Shown piece after piece: positions 60,454 through 64,000 of a stretch of DNA of 64,000 bases. Location of the stretch: NCBI GenBank assembly GCA_903875465.1, contig CAIQWB010000073.1, forward strand, positions 16,373 through 80,372, in the 5' to 3' direction. Position 1 is the first letter of the stretch; each line of letters starts with the position of its first letter. Position numbers and translations under genes: made by a program. The stretch is from an uncultured Verrucomicrobia subdivision 3 bacterium (lineage in GTDB: Bacteria; Verrucomicrobiota; Verrucomicrobiia; Limisphaerales; UBA11358). The notes under the pieces are model-generated. The model searched no databases. It was not told where the DNA came from and saw only the letters and a program-made list of their open reading frames with translations.

Positions 60454-62991
60454 ATGTGGTATCCGAAACCCATGCCTCATTCTATTCACTGCCTTTCCGC
60501 CGTCACCGTCCCCTTGGGCCGGAATTTCTGCCTGGCCCTGCTGGCCGCAGGACTGACGTTCGCCCAGGCTGCAGCCGATGACACCGCGCCGGTGATTCAT
60601 AAAATCTTCCTGACGCCGCGCCTGCACTTGGGCAACACGGGCATTCAACCGGTGCAACCCATAGATGAAGCGGCGTGGATCTGGCATCCAGATTTTGGTA
60701 ATCCCAGCGCCCCGGCGCACGCGGACTACTTTGCGAACGGGTGGCGCCAGCCCGTGCTGTTGCGCTTTCGCCGTTCCTTTGCCGCGGAGGCCTCGCCCCT
60801 GCGCATTCACGTCAGCGCCGACGAGCGCTTTGAGCTGTTTCTGGACGGGGAACGGATTGCGCGGGGTCCCGACCGGTCCGATGTGGAACATTGGTCGTAC
60901 GCCAGCTATGCAATCCAACTCCCGCCCGGCAACCACCGTCTGGAGGCCCTGGCCTGGAGCATTGGACCTTTTCAACCGGTGGGCCAGCTGACCTGGCGGG
61001 GCGGTTTCGTGCTCAAGGCGGAGGGCGAGTACGATGCCGCGCTGACCACGGGCAAGGCGGCGTGGGAGGTGGCCCGGCTCGACGGTTTTGATTTTAACAC
61101 CGGCGTCTTTTTCGTCGGCGGTCAATTAACCGCCCGCGACTGTGGACCGCAATGGAAAACCGGCACTTACCTGCCGGCCATCGTGATTCGCGCACCGCTC
61201 AACCAGGGCAACCAATGGGGGGAAACCGCCGCCGGTTGGAAACTGTTCCCCACCACCCTCCCCGACCAAGTGGACCGCCAGCTCACCGCCGGCCGGGCCA
61301 TGGCCCTGGGCAGTGGGCCACTGTCACCGGATGCGCCCGTGACCGCGGAGCAGGCGCAGGATCCGGCGTTGCCCCAGTGGCAGGCGCTCATCGACGCGAA
61401 GGGTGAGCTGGTAATTCCGGCGCATGCCGAACAGTTTTTCTTGTGGGATCTCGGCAACTATTACTGTGCCTATCCGTGGTGCGAGGTCAGTGGCGGCCAG
61501 GGGGCCCGGGTGAGCTGGGGCTGGGCGGAGTCGCTCTACCTGCCCAAATCCGACGCCAAGGGCCAGCGGGGCGCATTTATCGGCAAAACGTTCCATGGCA
61601 TGACCGACACCTTCCTGCCGGGGGGCGGGGCGCACCAGCAATTCAGCACCTTGTGGTGGCGGGCGGGCCGCTGGTGCCTGATCTCCATCAAGACCGGCGA
61701 CGAGCCGCTGACCCTGCACCGGCTCGCCTTGAATGAAAGCCGTTATCCCGTGGAAAATGAGAGCCGTTTTAACGGTGGCGATCCGGGGCTGGACGGCGTG
61801 CTGGGCCTGGCAGTGCGCGGCCTCCAGATGTGCTCGCATGAAACCTTCATGGACTGCCCCTATTATGAGCAACTGCAATACGATGGCGACACGCGGCTGG
61901 AACTGCTCACCACCTATGCGATGACGCGCGATGACCGCCTGCCCAAACGCGCCATCGAGCTGTTTGATTTCTCGCGGCGCAACGGCGGCTTTGTCAACGA
62001 ACGCTTTCCGGCGTTTCTGCCGCAGCAATCGCCAACATTCTCCCTGATCTGGGCATTGATGCTCAATGACTATACGTTCTGGCGCAATGATCCGGCCTTT
62101 GTCAAAGCCCGCGCCATTGGCCTGCGGGCGATGCTCGAGGAATTTGAACCCTACGTCAACCCGGACGGCCTGCTGGCGAACCTGCCCGGCTGGCCCTTCA
62201 TGGACTGGGTGCCGCAATGGAACAATGGCGACGCCCCCGATGGGGTGGCCGGCGTTTCCGCCCTGAACAATCTGCTCTACGTCTATGCGTTGCAAAAATC
62301 CGCGCAGGTGGAAGATTCCCTGGGCGAACCCCTGCTGGCCCAGCGCCTGCGGGGCAAGGCCGACCGCACGGCGGCGGCGGTGCGCGCCCAGTTTTGGGAC
62401 GAAACCCGCGGGCTGATGGCCGACAACCGGGCGCACACCGAATTCAGCGAACACAGCCAGTGCCTGGCCTTGCTCTCGGACACGCTCACCGGCGACCAGG
62501 CCCGGCGCTGCTTTGCCCAGTTATTGACCGCCCCGGATCTCAAACGCGCCACGATTTACTTCAGTTTTTACCTCGTCGAAACGTGGCAGAAATTCGGGCG
62601 GGGCGACCTGATCCTGGACCGCATGGCCTTCTGGAAGGACCTGGTCAAACAAGGTCTCAAGACGCCGGTCGAAATGCCCGGCAACACCCGCTCGGATTGC
62701 CATGCCTGGGGCAGCCATCCCCTGTTTGATTTGCAGGCCAGCGTCGCCGGGGTGCGCCCGGCCTCGCCCGGCTTCCGCACGGTCCGGATTGCGCCGCTGC
62801 CGGGGAAACTCCCCAAGCTCGCCAGCCGCACCCCGCACCCGGATGGTTTCATCACGCTGGACCTCGCCTTTGCGGGCGACCGCTGTCACGGCACGGTGGA
62901 ACTGCCCAAGACCATTTCCGGCAGCTTCAGCTGGCAGGGCCACGAACAGCCTTTGCACGGCGGCGCGAACGTGATTGACCTGGGCCCGTAA
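60454..62991 (+). CDS. secreted (alpha/alpha)6-barrel glycoside hydrolase, GH78-like (alpha-L-rhamnosidase-related)
   Basis: Signal CLALLAAGLTFAQAAA. The motif ETFMDCPYYEQLQYDGDTRLELL resembles the DCP..E...W.GD signature of the rhamnosidase six-hairpin domain. The family assignment is from memory only. Confidence 0.5.
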   Translation: MWYPKPMPHSIHCLSAVTVPLGRNFCLALLAAGLTFAQAAADDTAPVIHKIFLTPRLHLGNTGIQPVQPIDEAAWIWHPDFGNPSAPAHADYFANGWRQPVLLRFRRSFAAEASPLRIHVSADERFELFLDGERIARGPDRSDVEHWSYASYAIQLPPGNHRLEALAWSIGPFQPVGQLTWRGGFVLKAEGEYDAALTTGKAAWEVARLDGFDFNTGVFFVGGQLTARDCGPQWKTGTYLPAIVIRAPLNQGNQWGETAAGWKLFPTTLPDQVDRQLTAGRAMALGSGPLSPDAPVTAEQAQDPALPQWQALIDAKGELVIPAHAEQFFLWDLGNYYCAYPWCEVSGGQGARVSWGWAESLYLPKSDAKGQRGAFIGKTFHGMTDTFLPGGGAHQQFSTLWWRAGRWCLISIKTGDEPLTLHRLALNESRYPVENESRFNGGDPGLDGVLGLAVRGLQMCSHETFMDCPYYEQLQYDGDTRLELLTTYAMTRDDRLPKRAIELFDFSRRNGGFVNERFPAFLPQQSPTFSLIWALMLNDYTFWRNDPAFVKARAIGLRAMLEEFEPYVNPDGLLANLPGWPFMDWVPQWNNGDAPDGVAGVSALNNLLYVYALQKSAQVEDSLGEPLLAQRLRGKADRTAAAVRAQFWDETRGLMADNRAHTEFSEHSQCLALLSDTLTGDQARRCFAQLLTAPDLKRATIYFSFYLVETWQKFGRGDLILDRMAFWKDLVKQGLKTPVEMPGNTRSDCHAWGSHPLFDLQASVAGVRPASPGFRTVRIAPLPGKLPKLASRTPHPDGFITLDLAFAGDRCHGTVELPKTISGSFSWQGHEQPLHGGANVIDLGP

Positions 62992-62998
62992 GGGCGGG

Positions 62999-64000
62999 CT
63001 ACGGAACCAACTGCACCCGATAGAACGCCGCGCCATTGGTGGGGCTCAAGGCCCAGTGGGCCAGGGTGTTCGTGGCCGTAATCGTTGCCACCGTTTGAAA
63101 GTTCCCCGGCAGGCTGGTGGTGGCTTGCACCGCGTATTGATACCCCGGCGTGGCCGGCCAGCTCAGCACCGGCGGCACGCCTGTGAGCGCCAGGGTGATG
63201 GGCGGAAACAAACGATAGCTGAGGGTGGGCGTTTGATAACGGTGCCCCAGTTGATCGGTGACCAGCGCGTAGAAGGGATGCAGGCCCAAACCCAGGTTCG
63301 TGGCCACCAGCGTAAAGTCAGCGGTGGCTTGATTGGTGGCCACCGCAACCAAGCCGCCGGTGCTGAAGAGTTCAATGCGCGCCATGTTGGGCTGGCTGGC
63401 GGTAATGGTGAATTGCAAGGGCTGGGTCAGGGCCGCGTTGGAGCCGGCCGGCCGGGCGGTGAGGGTGGCGGCAAGGCTGGTATTCTGAATTTGCACCGTC
63501 ACCGACGTGCGCGTTTGCGTGCGCACGCTGGTGCCCTCATAGGCGACGGCCGTCAATTGATGCCAGCCATCGGCGAGGGCCGTGGTATCCAGCGCGGCGT
63601 TGACCGCCAGGGCATTCAGACCGGCGCTGAGGTATAAATGATTGCGGGGGAAAAGGTCGCTGGCATTGTCGGCCAGGGGATTGCTACCCGTGGGCATGAC
63701 TTGCAGGTTGGTGGAGCTGTTAAACGTGGCCAGAATCTGGGACGCCGGCCGGCCCACGGTGCGCGCATTCAAGAAAAACTGCACCGGGGAGCCACCAATA
63801 TAATCGCTGGCCAAAACCCCATTGGCACCGGTCAGCGCGGCGTTGCTGTTAATTTGATTCATCAGGTTTTGCACCAGCGTATTCAGCGAGGTACCCGCAG
63901 TGGTGTTGGTCACCCCCACCGTCACAATGGTGGTGTTGGTTTTGATCAAGGTGCATTGCAACCAGTCGCCCACAAGGGGCGCGGTATTCGCGGACACGGT
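62999..64000 (-). CDS. 5'-truncated large secreted protein (Ig-like/beta-sandwich repeats) with conserved C-terminal FYR tail
   Basis: The frame is open to the window end. The sequence is rich in T/N/A/L beta-strand segments and ends in ...YQYAVQATTSLPGNFQTVATITATNTLAHWALSPTNGAAFYRVQLVP. Confidence 0.6.
   Translation of the reverse strand, partial: TVSANTAPLVGDWLQCTLIKTNTTIVTVGVTNTTAGTSLNTLVQNLMNQINSNAALTGANGVLASDYIGGSPVQFFLNARTVGRPASQILATFNSSTNLQVMPTGSNPLADNASDLFPRNHLYLSAGLNALAVNAALDTTALADGWHQLTAVAYEGTSVRTQTRTSVTVQIQNTSLAATLTARPAGSNAALTQPLQFTITASQPNMARIELFSTGGLVAVATNQATADFTLVATNLGLGLHPFYALVTDQLGHRYQTPTLSYRLFPPITLALTGVPPVLSWPATPGYQYAVQATTSLPGNFQTVATITATNTLAHWALSPTNGAAFYRVQLVP

Overview
GC-rich (about 60% by eye) bacterial chromosomal segment with no rRNA, tRNA, CRISPR array or transposase that I could see. 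Several gene types suggest Verrucomicrobiota or Planctomycetota, but this is inference only: a DUF1559/H-X9-DG pseudopilin-like protein, a giant protein made of autotransporter-associated beta-strand repeats, and large secreted proteins ending in ...FYR...P. Contents in order:

- (1) 1-5.2 kb: secreted glycan-degrading genes, namely a beta-propeller glycoside hydrolase (5'-truncated), a GH95 fucosidase and a BNR/sialidase-like protein.
- (2) 5.8-12.1 kb, minus strand: a 2098-aa chimeric secreted protein (2x LamG-Ig, Ig, PQQ-like propeller, PA14, a two-CXXCH cytochrome-like module), followed by a small lipoprotein gene.
- (3) 12.3-14.6 kb: alanine dehydrogenase and a membrane acyltransferase.
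- (4) 14.7-15.1 kb: a decayed type I restriction-modification remnant (rhuM C-terminal fragment plus hsdR N-terminal stub). It is below the ORF-track size cutoff.
- (5) 15.4-18.1 kb: an ABC exporter and a pseudopilin-like gene.
- (6) 18.4-30.2 kb: an AraC regulator followed by a tightly packed 11-gene L-fucose-type catabolic operon. It carries a UxaA-type two-part dehydratase, lactonase, SDRs, FAH hydrolase, RraA-like protein, Zn-ADH, FucP and GH29.
- (7) 30.3-35.8 kb, minus strand: sucB-sucA and rplM-rpsI.
- (8) 36.5-39.9 kb: a 1149-aa protein that I read as a candidate PPi-type PEP carboxykinase.
- (9) 40.0-47.0 kb: a translationally coupled operon of a transglutaminase+DUF2126 protein, a circularly permuted ATP-grasp fused to alpha-E, and a small transglutaminase. 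This amidoligase/peptidase system has been predicted computationally but remains experimentally orphan. It is the best candidate here for an uncharacterised biological system.
- (10) 47.1-55.5 kb: an 1810-aa beta-strand-repeat giant, divergent from a NarL-type two-component system.
- (11) 55.5-60.4 kb: an EamA transporter and a sufD-sufU-sufT-sufS cluster with no sufBC.
- (12) 60.5-64.0 kb: a GH78-like hydrolase and a 5'-truncated secreted protein.

All functional calls rest on motif recognition by eye. No database search was run.
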